From contig JARKSN010000276.1 in the NCBI GenBank assembly GCA_029974275.1, positions 16,009-80,008 on the forward strand: DNA of 64,000 nucleotides, written 5' to 3'. The translations under genes and the position numbers were made by a program. This document shows, one piece after another, positions 1-9,898 of the stretch (position 1 is the stretch's first letter; each line of letters starts with the position of its first letter). Under the pieces are notes generated by a model that did no database searches, was not told the origin of the DNA, and was given only the letters and a program-made list of their open reading frames with translations. The stretch is from Candidatus Hydrogenedentota bacterium. Its GTDB lineage: Bacteria; Hydrogenedentota; Hydrogenedentia; Hydrogenedentales; SLHB01.

Positions 1-273
1 CGGGTACAGAGCAATATCCTGAGGCACAAGCCCCATCCCGCGCGGCATCGTACGCGATTGCCCATCCCAACGTTCGCCGCGCACCTCGACATGACCCGCG
101 GTAGGGCGCAATAGCCCGCAGAGAATCGAGATGGTCGTCGTCTTGCCCGCGCCGTTTGGGCCGAGAAGACCGAAAAACTCCCCGCGCGCAACCTCAAAAC
201 TCAGATTTTTGATTGCAGGACGGCTCGCCCCGGGATAGGTTCGCTCCAATCCTACAACCGAAATTTCGGCCAA
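1..273 (-). CDS. ABC transporter ATP-binding protein, 5' part (runs off the window edge)
   Basis: Not in ORF track. Manual minus-strand translation from TTG at 273 (G-rich SD upstream) gives ...IKNLSFEVARGEFFGLLGPNGAGKTTTISILCGLLRPTAG...MGLVPQDIALYP: Walker A and Q-loop. Confidence 0.9.
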   Translation of the reverse strand, partial: MAEISVVGLERTYPGASRPAIKNLSFEVARGEFFGLLGPNGAGKTTTISILCGLLRPTAGHVEVRGERWDGQSRTMPRGMGLVPQDIALYP

Positions 274-814
274 GCATCCCCCTCCCTCGCGAAAAAAACG
301 CCTTGCCCGCACAAGGACAACTCCCCCCTTCTCCCCCGCGACGCGCCAACCGGGGGTCACCTTTCAAACGAAACGAGGCAATCCGCTAGTCCCGGGTGAA
401 AAAATTACGCTTCGAGTAATAATCGTCCCGCACAGCGTCGCGAGTGTCGCGGGCCTTTTGCGAAAGCCACGAGGCCGGTTTAGGCAAACAAGGCGATTTC
501 TTGGTGGCGGCGCGAAGATGCTTCATCCCAATTTTCTCCCAAACTTCCGCGCGCAACCCATATACGCATGTCCATATCCGCGCGCGATAACCATGGACAC
601 GGCGATTATACCGGTATCCCCCCAGAGGCGCAACAAGCAGACAGCGGGAAGACGTCTGGCGCGCCGCCATGCCCTTCGCAACGCAACGGCCCCTTCCTGC
701 TTCCAAAAGGAAACTTCCACAACCCTCGCCCCATGTGCTAAAGTGCGAGGCATACGTATCGCGGGACGGATTCCTTCGTCTCGCTGCAACATCAGCTACA
801 AGGAGTCACTGATC

Positions 815-2722
815 ATGTCTCGACGCTTCCTCTCCTTCACATGCTTGTGCCTTGCCATCCTGGCGATGATGGCGTTGCCAGCCTGTCAGCCTGCTCAGGC
901 TCCCCCCCCCGCAGAACAATCTCCCGCGCCCGCCGCGCCTCCCGCGCCCGCCGCCGCGCCGCAACCGGCCGCCGAAGAGCCTCCTGCGCCGCAGACTCTG
1001 ACCGACGTCAAGATTCCCATGCGCGACGGCATCGAACTGGCCGCAGACATCTACTTGCCCGCAACGGACGGTCCGCAGTGGCCTACCTTGCTCGTTCGCA
1101 GCACCTACGGCCGCGCCGAAGGCAAAGCCGTCAGCCTTGCCAAAAGCGGCTATGCTGTCGTCGTCCAGGATGTCCGCGGCCTCGGCGGCAGCCAGGGCAT
1201 CTTCGGGGGGTTCCGCGACGACGGCTGGGGACCGGATCACGTTGACGGCGCCGACACCGTCCAGTGGATAAAGAGCCAGCCTTGGTGCAATGGCAAAATC
1301 GGCACCTTCGGCATGTCGGCGCTGGGCATTGTCCAGTCGCGCATGGCCCCCACGACCAAGGACCTGAACTGTCAGATTCCCGAAGCGGCGGCGTCCAGTT
1401 TCTACGGCGGGCTCTCTTACGAAGGCGGCGTCATGCGCAAGGAAATGGTCGAGGGCTGGCTAGGTCTGTTCAAGGAAAAAGGCGGCCTCGACGTGTTGGC
1501 CACGTGGAAACAACATCCAACCTATGACAGTTTCTGGGGCGACTTCAACGCCGACGCCAAAGCCGCCGATATCACCGCGCCTGCTCTCCATATCGGCGCA
1601 TGGTACGACATATTCTTGAGAGGCACCATCAACTCTTTCCGCACACGCCAGCATGACGGCGGCCCCGGAGCCAAAGGCAACCAGAAAATGGTCATCAAAC
1701 CAACCGCTCACGGCGACTATTTACCGGATTTGCCCTACAAGATGAAAAAGAACTTCCAGGATGTCCGCATCACCCCGTTGCGCAACAAGTTCACGGATTT
1801 CTGGATGAAAGGCGTCGGCGAAGTCGACTCGATTCCCGCAGTCCAGTACTACATCATGGGCGACGACACGGCCCCCGACGCGCCGGGCAACGAATGGCGC
1901 ACCGCTGACGATTGGCCTCCATTCGTGACAGCGGGAAGAACCTTCTACGCGACGCTCGAAGGCGCCCTCGTGCCCGAACGCCCCCAGAGCGCGCCTGCCA
2001 AGTTGACCTTTGTCTACAACCCCGCCAATCCATTCCCGACGAAGGGCGGCGCCAATCTGACCATTCCCGCCGGCCCCTATGACCAGCGCGACGTCAACAA
2101 AGGCCGCAACGATCTGATCACGTTCGCCACGGCTCCGCTCGAAGCGCCTGTCGAAGCGACAGGACGCGTCGTAGTCCGGTTGTACGTCTCCACCGACGTC
2201 CCGGACACTGATTTCACCGCAAAACTCGTGGACATCTATCCCGAAGGCGATGGACGCGAAATCCTCGTTGCGGACAGCATTCAACGGCTGAAATTCCGCC
2301 ACGGCTTTGAAAAGGCCAACCCCTTGCCCATCGGCTCGATCGGCCTCATCGAGATCGACCTCTGGCATATCAGTTGGGCCTTCCACAAAGGCCACAAAAT
2401 CGGACTCCAGATATCGAGCAGCAATACCCCGCGCTTCGAAATCAACCCCAACACCGGCGCCGATTTCCCCGGCGAAGAAACGCGCATCGCCAACAACACC
2501 GTCCATATGGGCAAACTGCACGCCAGTTGCCTGATTCTTCCCCAAAAAGGCGATGCCTGGGACACCGATTACGACGGCATCCAAGACGATGAGGAAGTTC
2601 GCTTGGGCACCGATCCGCACCAGGCCGATAGCGATAAGGACGGCCTTATCGACGGCGACGAAGTCCTCATCTTCAAGACCGATCCCATGAAGCCGGACAA
2701 TTTGCTGAATCCAGGCGCCTAG
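815..2722 (+). CDS. CocE/NonD-family serine hydrolase, predicted lipoprotein, with C-terminal DxDxDG Ca-binding (TSP3-like) repeats
   Basis: AGGAG at 801 then ATG 815; lipobox LPAC; motifs IPMRDGIELAADIYLP, QPWCNGKIG, GMSALG, GAWYDIF, DTDFTAKLVD; tail DTDYDGIQDDEE...DSDKDGLIDGDE. Confidence 0.88.
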   Translation: MSRRFLSFTCLCLAILAMMALPACQPAQAPPPAEQSPAPAAPPAPAAAPQPAAEEPPAPQTLTDVKIPMRDGIELAADIYLPATDGPQWPTLLVRSTYGRAEGKAVSLAKSGYAVVVQDVRGLGGSQGIFGGFRDDGWGPDHVDGADTVQWIKSQPWCNGKIGTFGMSALGIVQSRMAPTTKDLNCQIPEAAASSFYGGLSYEGGVMRKEMVEGWLGLFKEKGGLDVLATWKQHPTYDSFWGDFNADAKAADITAPALHIGAWYDIFLRGTINSFRTRQHDGGPGAKGNQKMVIKPTAHGDYLPDLPYKMKKNFQDVRITPLRNKFTDFWMKGVGEVDSIPAVQYYIMGDDTAPDAPGNEWRTADDWPPFVTAGRTFYATLEGALVPERPQSAPAKLTFVYNPANPFPTKGGANLTIPAGPYDQRDVNKGRNDLITFATAPLEAPVEATGRVVVRLYVSTDVPDTDFTAKLVDIYPEGDGREILVADSIQRLKFRHGFEKANPLPIGSIGLIEIDLWHISWAFHKGHKIGLQISSSNTPRFEINPNTGADFPGEETRIANNTVHMGKLHASCLILPQKGDAWDTDYDGIQDDEEVRLGTDPHQADSDKDGLIDGDEVLIFKTDPMKPDNLLNPGA

Positions 2723-2761
2723 CCGAATAGGCTCAAGACCGACAGTGGCCGTACGCAATAG

Positions 2762-2816
2762 ACCGCGAGTCCATGAACAGATCGGCAACGATTCCATGGG
2801 CTCGCGGTTTCTCTTT
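2762..2816 (+). terminator. Probable intrinsic terminator after first CocE gene
   Basis: Arms accgcgagtccatg / catgggctcgcggt (one G-U pair) followed by ttctcttt. Confidence 0.6.
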
Positions 2817-3215
2817 GGCGACTTCTTCGCTTTGATGACGGCGCGTATTTGAATTGCGGCCCCATGAAATCGCCCGCGCAGAAGGCCAGCCCACATATCA
2901 GAACAACGCCGACGCAACACCTTTGTTTCAAGCACATTGCAAAGCCATTCCAAATTCCGAAACTTCTGTACTCCCAATCCGGAATGTGCTATTCTCAATT
3001 CCGATAGTTATGATCTCGTCCCCGAAACGATCTAGGACGGATCGGCGGTGAATGTCCCGCAGGCGCACGCACGCAGCGGCACAGGAAGAGTCGCCGTTCG
3101 TGGGATGGCGCAACGTGGAAAGTCGCCAATCGAAACCCTTAGGGGTCGAGCGTACGGGATTTTCGAAGCATTTCGAGCGGCAAAAACCTACAATTCAGGG
3201 AGAGGCACGATCGTG

Positions 3216-5744
3216 ATGAGACTGTTTATCTTGTTTGCTAGCACGCTTCTGGCCTGCGAGATGGCCTGGTCCGCCCACACCAAGATCACGACGTCCGTGC
3301 CAATGACCGACGGCGTTCAACTCAGAACCGACGTCTACACGCCGACCACGGGGGGGCCTTCCTTCGCGGTCATCCTGGAACGAACCCCCTACGATCCGGC
3401 TTCAGCAGGCGCCACCACATGGACGGACCAAGGCTATATCTACATTTGCCAGACGGTCCGCGGACGTTACGGAAGCACCGGAACCTTCCGTCCATTTGCC
3501 GACGACGGGTGGGGCGATCACAAAGACGGGGCCGAAACCGTCGATTGGATATTGGGACAGCCCTGGTGCAATGGCAAAGTGGCCACCTACGGAGGTTCCG
3601 CCAACGCCATCACGTCCGTCCGACTCGGCGCCGCCTCGCAAAAACTGGTCTGCCAAGTCTTCCAGGAAGGCGGAACCAATTTCACCGATCACCTGACCTA
3701 CCAAGGCGGCGTGTACCGGCAGGGGCTTTGCGATGGCTGGCTGACCTATGGCGTGGGAACGCCCAGCTACAACGAATGGCGGCAGCACCTGCCCAGCGAT
3801 ACGGCGTTTTGGAGCTTTTACAATGCCGAGGCGCGGGCGCCGCTCGTGACGGCTCCCGGCATGCACGTCGGAGGCTGGTGGGATATCTTCGCGCGCGGCA
3901 CCATCAGCAACTTTGTGCAACGTCAATACCTGGGCGGCCCCGGAGCCAAAGGCAATCAGAAATTGTCCATGCGCCCCACGACCCACGGCGGGTGGGGCCC
4001 TGCGGGAGAATTCGTGCGCGCGCCGAATTTCGAGGATTTCAGGGTCACCCCGCGCCGTAGGGACTTCGCCCGTTACTGGCTGCTAGGCACGCCCAGCGCC
4101 TACATGTCGGAACCGCCCGTAAGCTACTACATCGTGGGGCCGGACACCGATTACACCCTGGGATGGCAATATCGGACTGCGGACAAGTGGCCCCCCTTCC
4201 CGCCCAATGAGACGCCACACTATTTGACGCACGCGGGCGCCTTGGAGACATCCGTGCCCGCTAGCGGTTCTCGCACCTACACCTTCAACCCATATAACCC
4301 GGCGCCGTCGCTGGGCGGGCAGGAATTGACCCTGCCCTCGGGCCCCTTCGACCAACGCCCCGTCAGCAACCGATCCGACATATTGAAATTTGAAAGCGCC
4401 GCGATGACCACTCCGCTCGAAGTCACCGGGCATTTCAAGGTTCGCTTGTTCGTCTCCTCGGACGCGCCCGACACGGATTTCACGGCCAAATTGGTGGATG
4501 TCTATCCCGCGCCAGACGGACGCGAAATTTTGATGCTGGATAGCATTCAGCGAGTGAAATACCGGCTCGGCAACGACCAGCCCCAACCCGCGCTGCAACC
4601 GGGACAAGTCGTCGAGATCACGATTGATCTGGGAGACATTAGCTGGATGTTCGCGACGGGCCACAAGATTGGGTTGCACATTTCGAGCAGCAACAGCACG
4701 CGTTTTCAGGTGAACCCCAACACCGGCGAAGACTTTCAGACCGGTTCCATGCGCGTCGCCCAAAACACGGTTCACATGGGAGGCGTATATGCCAGCGCGC
4801 TGCTGCTGCCACAGCGCACGCCTTCGGTGGACACGGACAACGACGGGTTCACGGACGAACAAGAGTGGAACACGCCCAATGGCGACATGGACAACGACGG
4901 CATCACCGACGCCGAGGAATACTTCGTGTTGGGAAGCAACCCGCGCGTCGCCGGCATCGTGCTCGCCACCATGACGCTCATCCATGCCGTAGACGGTTCC
5001 AACGTCGATGTCACGTTTTCCCGCCCTGTGGGACCCTCCGCCTTGGCGCCGGCCAATTACCTTCTTTCCGGATCAGGGAAAGGGACTATGGCCGACCATC
5101 CCCATACCGTCACGCGACAACAAAATTCCAACGTGTACCGTTTGACATGGAACGCCGGCGAAATGCGCACGGGGGGAGATATCACCATCACGATATCCAA
5201 TATCCTCGATGAAAATGGACGCGGCCTCCTGGCTCCGTACTCGCGGACCGAAGTGGGCACCGCCATGGGCGTGGCTCCCACCATCCTGCTCAAACCGACC
5301 GTGCCGAAAATAACCAGCCTGTGGCCCATCCAGGTCGCCGCCGTTTTGTCGGAGCCCTTTGCCGATATGGGGCCGCATTGCCTCATGTTGACCAACGCAA
5401 CCGTCAGCGACTTCGTCGTGAACGGCCTCGACGTCAACTTTTCGCTCTGGCCCAAGGCGAACGGAACCGTAACGGCGGTCGTCCCGGCCAACATCGCCCA
5501 CGATCTCGCCGGCAACGCCAACACCATATCCAATACCCTGGTGCATGAGTTCCTGAAGGTCGGCGGCGATCTGGACGGGAATGGCGAGGCCGATGCGGTG
5601 GACGTTCAGTTGGCGATCAACAGCGCCCTGCGTCTTCCCGCAAACGTCGACGCCGATGTCAACTGCGACAAAGTCGTCGACATCGTCGATGTGCAGCTCA
5701 TCATCAACGCGGCCTTGCGGTACAACGTGCAACTCTGTAAATAG
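3216..5744 (+). CDS. CocE/NonD-family hydrolase, secreted, with DxDxDG repeats, Ig-like region and C-terminal dockerin-like domain
   Basis: GGAGAGG then ATG 3216; signal peptide ending AWS-A; RTPYD, GGSANA, GGWWDIF, PTTHG; C-terminus GDLDGNGEADAVDVQLAINSAL...DVNCDKVVDIVDVQLIINAAL. Confidence 0.88.
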   Translation: MRLFILFASTLLACEMAWSAHTKITTSVPMTDGVQLRTDVYTPTTGGPSFAVILERTPYDPASAGATTWTDQGYIYICQTVRGRYGSTGTFRPFADDGWGDHKDGAETVDWILGQPWCNGKVATYGGSANAITSVRLGAASQKLVCQVFQEGGTNFTDHLTYQGGVYRQGLCDGWLTYGVGTPSYNEWRQHLPSDTAFWSFYNAEARAPLVTAPGMHVGGWWDIFARGTISNFVQRQYLGGPGAKGNQKLSMRPTTHGGWGPAGEFVRAPNFEDFRVTPRRRDFARYWLLGTPSAYMSEPPVSYYIVGPDTDYTLGWQYRTADKWPPFPPNETPHYLTHAGALETSVPASGSRTYTFNPYNPAPSLGGQELTLPSGPFDQRPVSNRSDILKFESAAMTTPLEVTGHFKVRLFVSSDAPDTDFTAKLVDVYPAPDGREILMLDSIQRVKYRLGNDQPQPALQPGQVVEITIDLGDISWMFATGHKIGLHISSSNSTRFQVNPNTGEDFQTGSMRVAQNTVHMGGVYASALLLPQRTPSVDTDNDGFTDEQEWNTPNGDMDNDGITDAEEYFVLGSNPRVAGIVLATMTLIHAVDGSNVDVTFSRPVGPSALAPANYLLSGSGKGTMADHPHTVTRQQNSNVYRLTWNAGEMRTGGDITITISNILDENGRGLLAPYSRTEVGTAMGVAPTILLKPTVPKITSLWPIQVAAVLSEPFADMGPHCLMLTNATVSDFVVNGLDVNFSLWPKANGTVTAVVPANIAHDLAGNANTISNTLVHEFLKVGGDLDGNGEADAVDVQLAINSALRLPANVDADVNCDKVVDIVDVQLIINAALRYNVQLCK

Positions 5745-5789
5745 GAAAGAGGAAACAAGGAGAAATCCCCTGACGATCCCGCCAAGGGA

Positions 5790-6392
5790 TCAGACGGGCT
5801 TTCTCCCGTCGAGAGCATGGGCGAGGGTGACGTCGTCCGCGCATTCGAGTCCGCTTCCCATCGGGACCCCATGGGCGATGCGGGTGACGGCGACGTCTGG
5901 CCAGGGCGCAATCTGCCGGGACACATACAGGGCCGTGGCCTCTCCTTGCGTCGTCGCGTTTGTCGCCAGGATCACTTCCCGCACCGCGCCGGCATGCAGT
6001 CGCTGCAACAAACGGTCGAGGGTCAACTCCGACGGCCCCACGCCTTCCAACGGGTCCAAGGCGCCATGCAACACGTGGTAGACGCCGCGATATCCCGCGC
6101 CTTTTTCAATCGCCATGACGCCAGAGGGCCGTTCCGTCACGCAAACAACGGCATGATCCCGTCGAGCATCCGCGCAAATGGGACAGGGGTCTTGTTCCGT
6201 CAGGTTGCAGCAAATCGAACACCGCCGCACACGGTCGCGCGCATCCTGGATGGCCGCGCTCAGAAACGCCGCTTCGTCATCCGGCGCGCTAAGAAGATGA
6301 AGGGCCAGGCGCTCCGCCGTACGTTTGCCTATGCCCGGCAGACGCCGGAACGCCTCGACCAAACGTTCCACAGACGGCGCGTTAACGAGCAT
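5790..6392 (-). CDS. recR: Recombination mediator RecR
   Basis: LPGIGKRTAERLA HhH, CxxC...CxxC zinc finger, YHVLHGALDP, EVILATN, RIAHGVPMG. Confidence 0.97.
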   Translation of the reverse strand: MLVNAPSVERLVEAFRRLPGIGKRTAERLALHLLSAPDDEAAFLSAAIQDARDRVRRCSICCNLTEQDPCPICADARRDHAVVCVTERPSGVMAIEKGAGYRGVYHVLHGALDPLEGVGPSELTLDRLLQRLHAGAVREVILATNATTQGEATALYVSRQIAPWPDVAVTRIAHGVPMGSGLECADDVTLAHALDGRKPV

Positions 6393-6427
6393 ATTCTCCC
6401 CTTCGGCAGGCTACGGCGAATCGGACA

Positions 6428-6946
6428 TCAGGCCTTCGTCGAGGCAAGCAACAGTTTTTCGCGGGTCTCGTTCCACTCCCGGAGCTTCGCCTGTTGCGTC
6501 AGGACATCGACCCGATCGAGAAAGATGAGACCGTCGAGATGATCGCATTCGTGTTGAATGATGCGCGCCAACAAGTCGCGCGCCTCAAACTCGACGCGTT
6601 TTCCGCGATGGTCCAGCGCGCGCACATGAATGAAAGCGGCGCGCGGCACCGGCGCATACACCTGCGGAAGACTCAAACAGCCTTCTTCCCCTTGCTCGAC
6701 GCCTTCCATTTCGAGTATTTCGGGATTGATCAGGCACATCGGAGCCGCTTTGGGTTCTTGCACCACGATGATGCGCTTGGCCACTCCGACCTGGGGACCT
6801 GCCAGTCCCACTCCCTCGTAGGCGTTCATGGTTTCCAACATGTCTTCCGCCAACGCCGCCACGTCGTTCGTGACCGCGTCGAACGCTTGGGCGACCCGGG
6901 TCAATGGGTCGTCGGGAAAATATACCACTCGCAGCGAAGCCATCAT
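6428..6946 (-). CDS. def: Peptide deformylase
   Basis: GVGLAGPQVG, EGCLS and QHECDHLDG motifs; AAGGAG upstream of ATG 6946. Confidence 0.97.
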   Translation of the reverse strand: MMASLRVVYFPDDPLTRVAQAFDAVTNDVAALAEDMLETMNAYEGVGLAGPQVGVAKRIIVVQEPKAAPMCLINPEILEMEGVEQGEEGCLSLPQVYAPVPRAAFIHVRALDHRGKRVEFEARDLLARIIQHECDHLDGLIFLDRVDVLTQQAKLREWNETREKLLLASTKA

Positions 6947-7157
6947 CCGCTCCTTCGTTTCCATGGTAACAAAAGCCGCCATGGGTCTCAATACCCCGCT
7001 CACGCTTCGCAACAGAAACAGTTCTTGGCGCCCAGGAATTTCCGCCGGCTTTCTTAGATCCGTTTCATGAAAACCATGCCGGGCTCGCCCCGAAGCGTCT
7101 TCAAACAGAACCGCTTTCCGGCGAAATGCGGCTACGCCATTTTGAAAGCGGCGCCCA

Positions 7158-9689
7158 TCATTTCGGAGACGCCGTCACCGGCTCCACCGTGGCGGAAGGA
7201 ACCTGAGCGGACGCCCCGTCTGCAGCCGTCTCAGAAACGCTGTCCTTGGCGGGCGGCGAATCAAAGCACACCAGATAGGGGTCCAACGGGTCCAACAAGA
7301 CGGGGAACGTCACCTGTCGCCCTTCAATAAGGTCATGCCCAGAAGCAGGGCCCGTGAATAGACGGCCATGGACCGGCGCCTTGCCGATATTGAGCATGAA
7401 CAAATACCCCTTCCCGTCTTTCTCGGCGTATTGAGTCCTCACGCCTTCCAGCGGATAGCCGTATTGATTGACGAGTCGTGGAATCTTCGGAAGCGATCCC
7501 ATGACGAAGGAAGCGTCCATGGCGTGCAGATATTTGGGGGCTGTGGCGTTACCTTGAACCAATACGGTCCTCGGGGTAAAGGGAAATGTTTCGTGCCGGG
7601 CTCCCCCGCGCTCGTTGTAGGGGAAGGGATTTCCGGAACGGATGATCACGCCGCCTTGCTCGACGTGATCCATCAAGAGGCTGAATTTTTCGTCGGAAAT
7701 GGCCTGTGCATGCGGAATGATCAGCACGCGCAACGATTTCAACACGTCACTCGTGCACTGTTCTTCGCTTACGAAACGCACGTTGAAGCCGGAGAAGGAA
7801 CATCCTTCATACGCCGCCAAGGCCGCGGCCAAAAAAGGATCGCCGTTGTCCAGAATGCGCGACGAGGTGGTCCACATGATCGCGGCATCGGCGGGGCGTT
7901 CCCGGAACGCCTGAATGACAGGCGCCAAACGATTGATGTCGAGAGCGGCGGTCGCATAGGCGTCGGCCAGTTCCGGAACATCCGCCAACGACGAAGCCCT
8001 GTCGCCCATGTTCAAGGCCAGGCCGCTCAGCCCCGCCAGGACGTTGTCCCACATGAGCGACGTCACGACATCCGCCAAGTCCGACGTTGACAAGACATCC
8101 CCGCCCAGCAAGGTCTGACCGAAGTCCACAATCGGCTTGTCCGGGGCGAACGAATGGAGCAGGGCGTACATTGCCGCTGGCAATGGATACGGCAGCGCAT
8201 AGGGCGACGCGTCGATCCGGGGTTGCGACACGCACGCCGTGAACGGAGACATGCCGCAGATTCTCTCGTAATCGATGCCGCGGCGGGCATCGCCGAGATT
8301 GAAAATGTCGCCGCTAAAACGCACGGCAAGCGGCAAGCCTTCCAAGCGTTTTTCGCCGTCCTGCTGCATCATGGCCACTACGGTTGAAGTTCGATCCATA
8401 TGGAAAAGCTGCAGATCGTACTGATAGGCGATCTTTTTATGGCTCCAATCGATTGGAATCTCCGATAAATCCCTGAGATGCATTTTCCACGCCTGGTTCA
8501 CATCATCGCGATCGGCGTAGTAAGCGCGGACGCGCTCGATAAACCGTTGGCGGTCGTCTTCGGTCAGGGGCGACATAGGCGGCAGGTCGATACACGCCAG
8601 CGCTTTCGCCGAAGGCGCGTCGGCAAGCAGGGAAGCCGCCTCGGAAAGGGCATGATCAATCGCCACGCCCCCAGCGGCGTAATCGATCGCGTCCCTCTCC
8701 GGCGTCAGAATCGAACGCAAATCCAACGCCAGCACAAGGTTTTGGTCCGCGGCCGCCGCCAGAATCGACTTTATTTCCTCGCCGTGCGTCTTTTCGGGTT
8801 CCAGGGATATCAGCTGGAAACCCAGCCGAGCAAGCCGCTGAATGTCATCCGCTCCGCCAGAAGGGAGAGTCGTTCCAAAGAGGAAAATGGGCCGGTCCAT
8901 CTGCCAGAAAAGCCCGTCGCGCCGCGTGATCGCCGCCGCATCGAACGCGGGCATGACGACGCGTCGCGCGCTGTCGGATCCTTCCAGGGAGAAGCGCGTG
9001 CGCACCCAACCGTTGGCGGCGTTCAGATAGCGGACGAGATCTTGCGCCTTGGGCCATTCCCCGCTCTCGAACGCAAGACGGATTTGCGCCATCGCCGCGG
9101 AACTCGTCGTCATCTTGACCTGGACGTAGTTCGACAGAGGCTCGGGCTGCTGATCCAGGTATGCCTTGAGCGCGGCATGGTCGGCTTCCGCCCGTTGCAG
9201 CGCGTTCCAAAGCTGCTGCTCGGATATGACGTGCGCCGCCGCCGCCGCCGTCGCGGAAGTCAAACTGCGTTGATGACTGACCGCTAATCGCGCCGTATAC
9301 TCGCCGGGAGGCAACGTCGACGGATCCAGCGTGAACCGGAAGGGATTGGGGCCCGCTATCACCTCCATTCGCAAGGAACCGGTCTGAAGCGTCTTGCCGG
9401 AAACATCAACGACATCGAGTTTGAGCCGCATGTCGATGGCATCGGCAGGGCACAGCAGGGTCCCGAAAAGCGTGACGGACTCGTCGCGCGATTGCGGTGG
9501 AACAGGGTCTATCCGCACCTGAACGCTCTTCCCAGACTGTTGCAGGAAAGGTTCAAACCAAATGCGCACATGGTCCTGGCTGGATGGTGCATCGGCGGAC
9601 GCCTTCGCTGCCACATCGGCTCCCGCCGCGTTCCAGCCGATCGCCACCAACCCAAGGGCCGCCATCGTCAGATAGATAAGACGAAACAT
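7158..9689 (-). CDS. Exported protein with degenerate GH42-like barrel and beta-galactosidase trimerization-like domain
   Basis: Signal peptide MFRLIYLTMAALGLVAIGWNAAGA after AAAGGA; segments FIERVRAYYADRDDVNQAW, APDKPIVD, FVSEEQ...LRVLIIPHAQAISD resemble GH42-type proteins. Confidence 0.55.
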   Translation of the reverse strand: MFRLIYLTMAALGLVAIGWNAAGADVAAKASADAPSSQDHVRIWFEPFLQQSGKSVQVRIDPVPPQSRDESVTLFGTLLCPADAIDMRLKLDVVDVSGKTLQTGSLRMEVIAGPNPFRFTLDPSTLPPGEYTARLAVSHQRSLTSATAAAAAHVISEQQLWNALQRAEADHAALKAYLDQQPEPLSNYVQVKMTTSSAAMAQIRLAFESGEWPKAQDLVRYLNAANGWVRTRFSLEGSDSARRVVMPAFDAAAITRRDGLFWQMDRPIFLFGTTLPSGGADDIQRLARLGFQLISLEPEKTHGEEIKSILAAAADQNLVLALDLRSILTPERDAIDYAAGGVAIDHALSEAASLLADAPSAKALACIDLPPMSPLTEDDRQRFIERVRAYYADRDDVNQAWKMHLRDLSEIPIDWSHKKIAYQYDLQLFHMDRTSTVVAMMQQDGEKRLEGLPLAVRFSGDIFNLGDARRGIDYERICGMSPFTACVSQPRIDASPYALPYPLPAAMYALLHSFAPDKPIVDFGQTLLGGDVLSTSDLADVVTSLMWDNVLAGLSGLALNMGDRASSLADVPELADAYATAALDINRLAPVIQAFRERPADAAIMWTTSSRILDNGDPFLAAALAAYEGCSFSGFNVRFVSEEQCTSDVLKSLRVLIIPHAQAISDEKFSLLMDHVEQGGVIIRSGNPFPYNERGGARHETFPFTPRTVLVQGNATAPKYLHAMDASFVMGSLPKIPRLVNQYGYPLEGVRTQYAEKDGKGYLFMLNIGKAPVHGRLFTGPASGHDLIEGRQVTFPVLLDPLDPYLVCFDSPPAKDSVSETAADGASAQVPSATVEPVTASPK

Positions 9690-9898
9690 GCATTTCCTTT
9701 CGTAATCGCCGCCCATATCCACGCCGGGGGAAGGGGCCGCGTCCCGCGCTACACCGGCCATTCTAGGAAGGTCACCGGAAAATGGCAAATTGGCGCCCTC
9801 ATCCGCGTCATAACAACGCGGCAAGCCCTATCAATGATGACGCGCCTCTATTCGGAATTCCTGCGGGGATCCGCCGGAGCGGATCGTGACGGCCATCG

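Noticed and set aside
386..706. 106-aa ORF and possible c-di-GMP riboswitch fragments in the intergenic region
   Set aside because: No SD or family signal for the ORF; GCAAA/CCTAAAC-like pieces are not in riboswitch order.
458..814. N-terminal extensions in the ORF track (e.g. 458, 3048, 15859, 26796, 37523, 49871)
   Set aside because: Downstream starts have SD sequences, signal peptides or stop/start overlaps; the extensions run into neighbouring genes or promoters.
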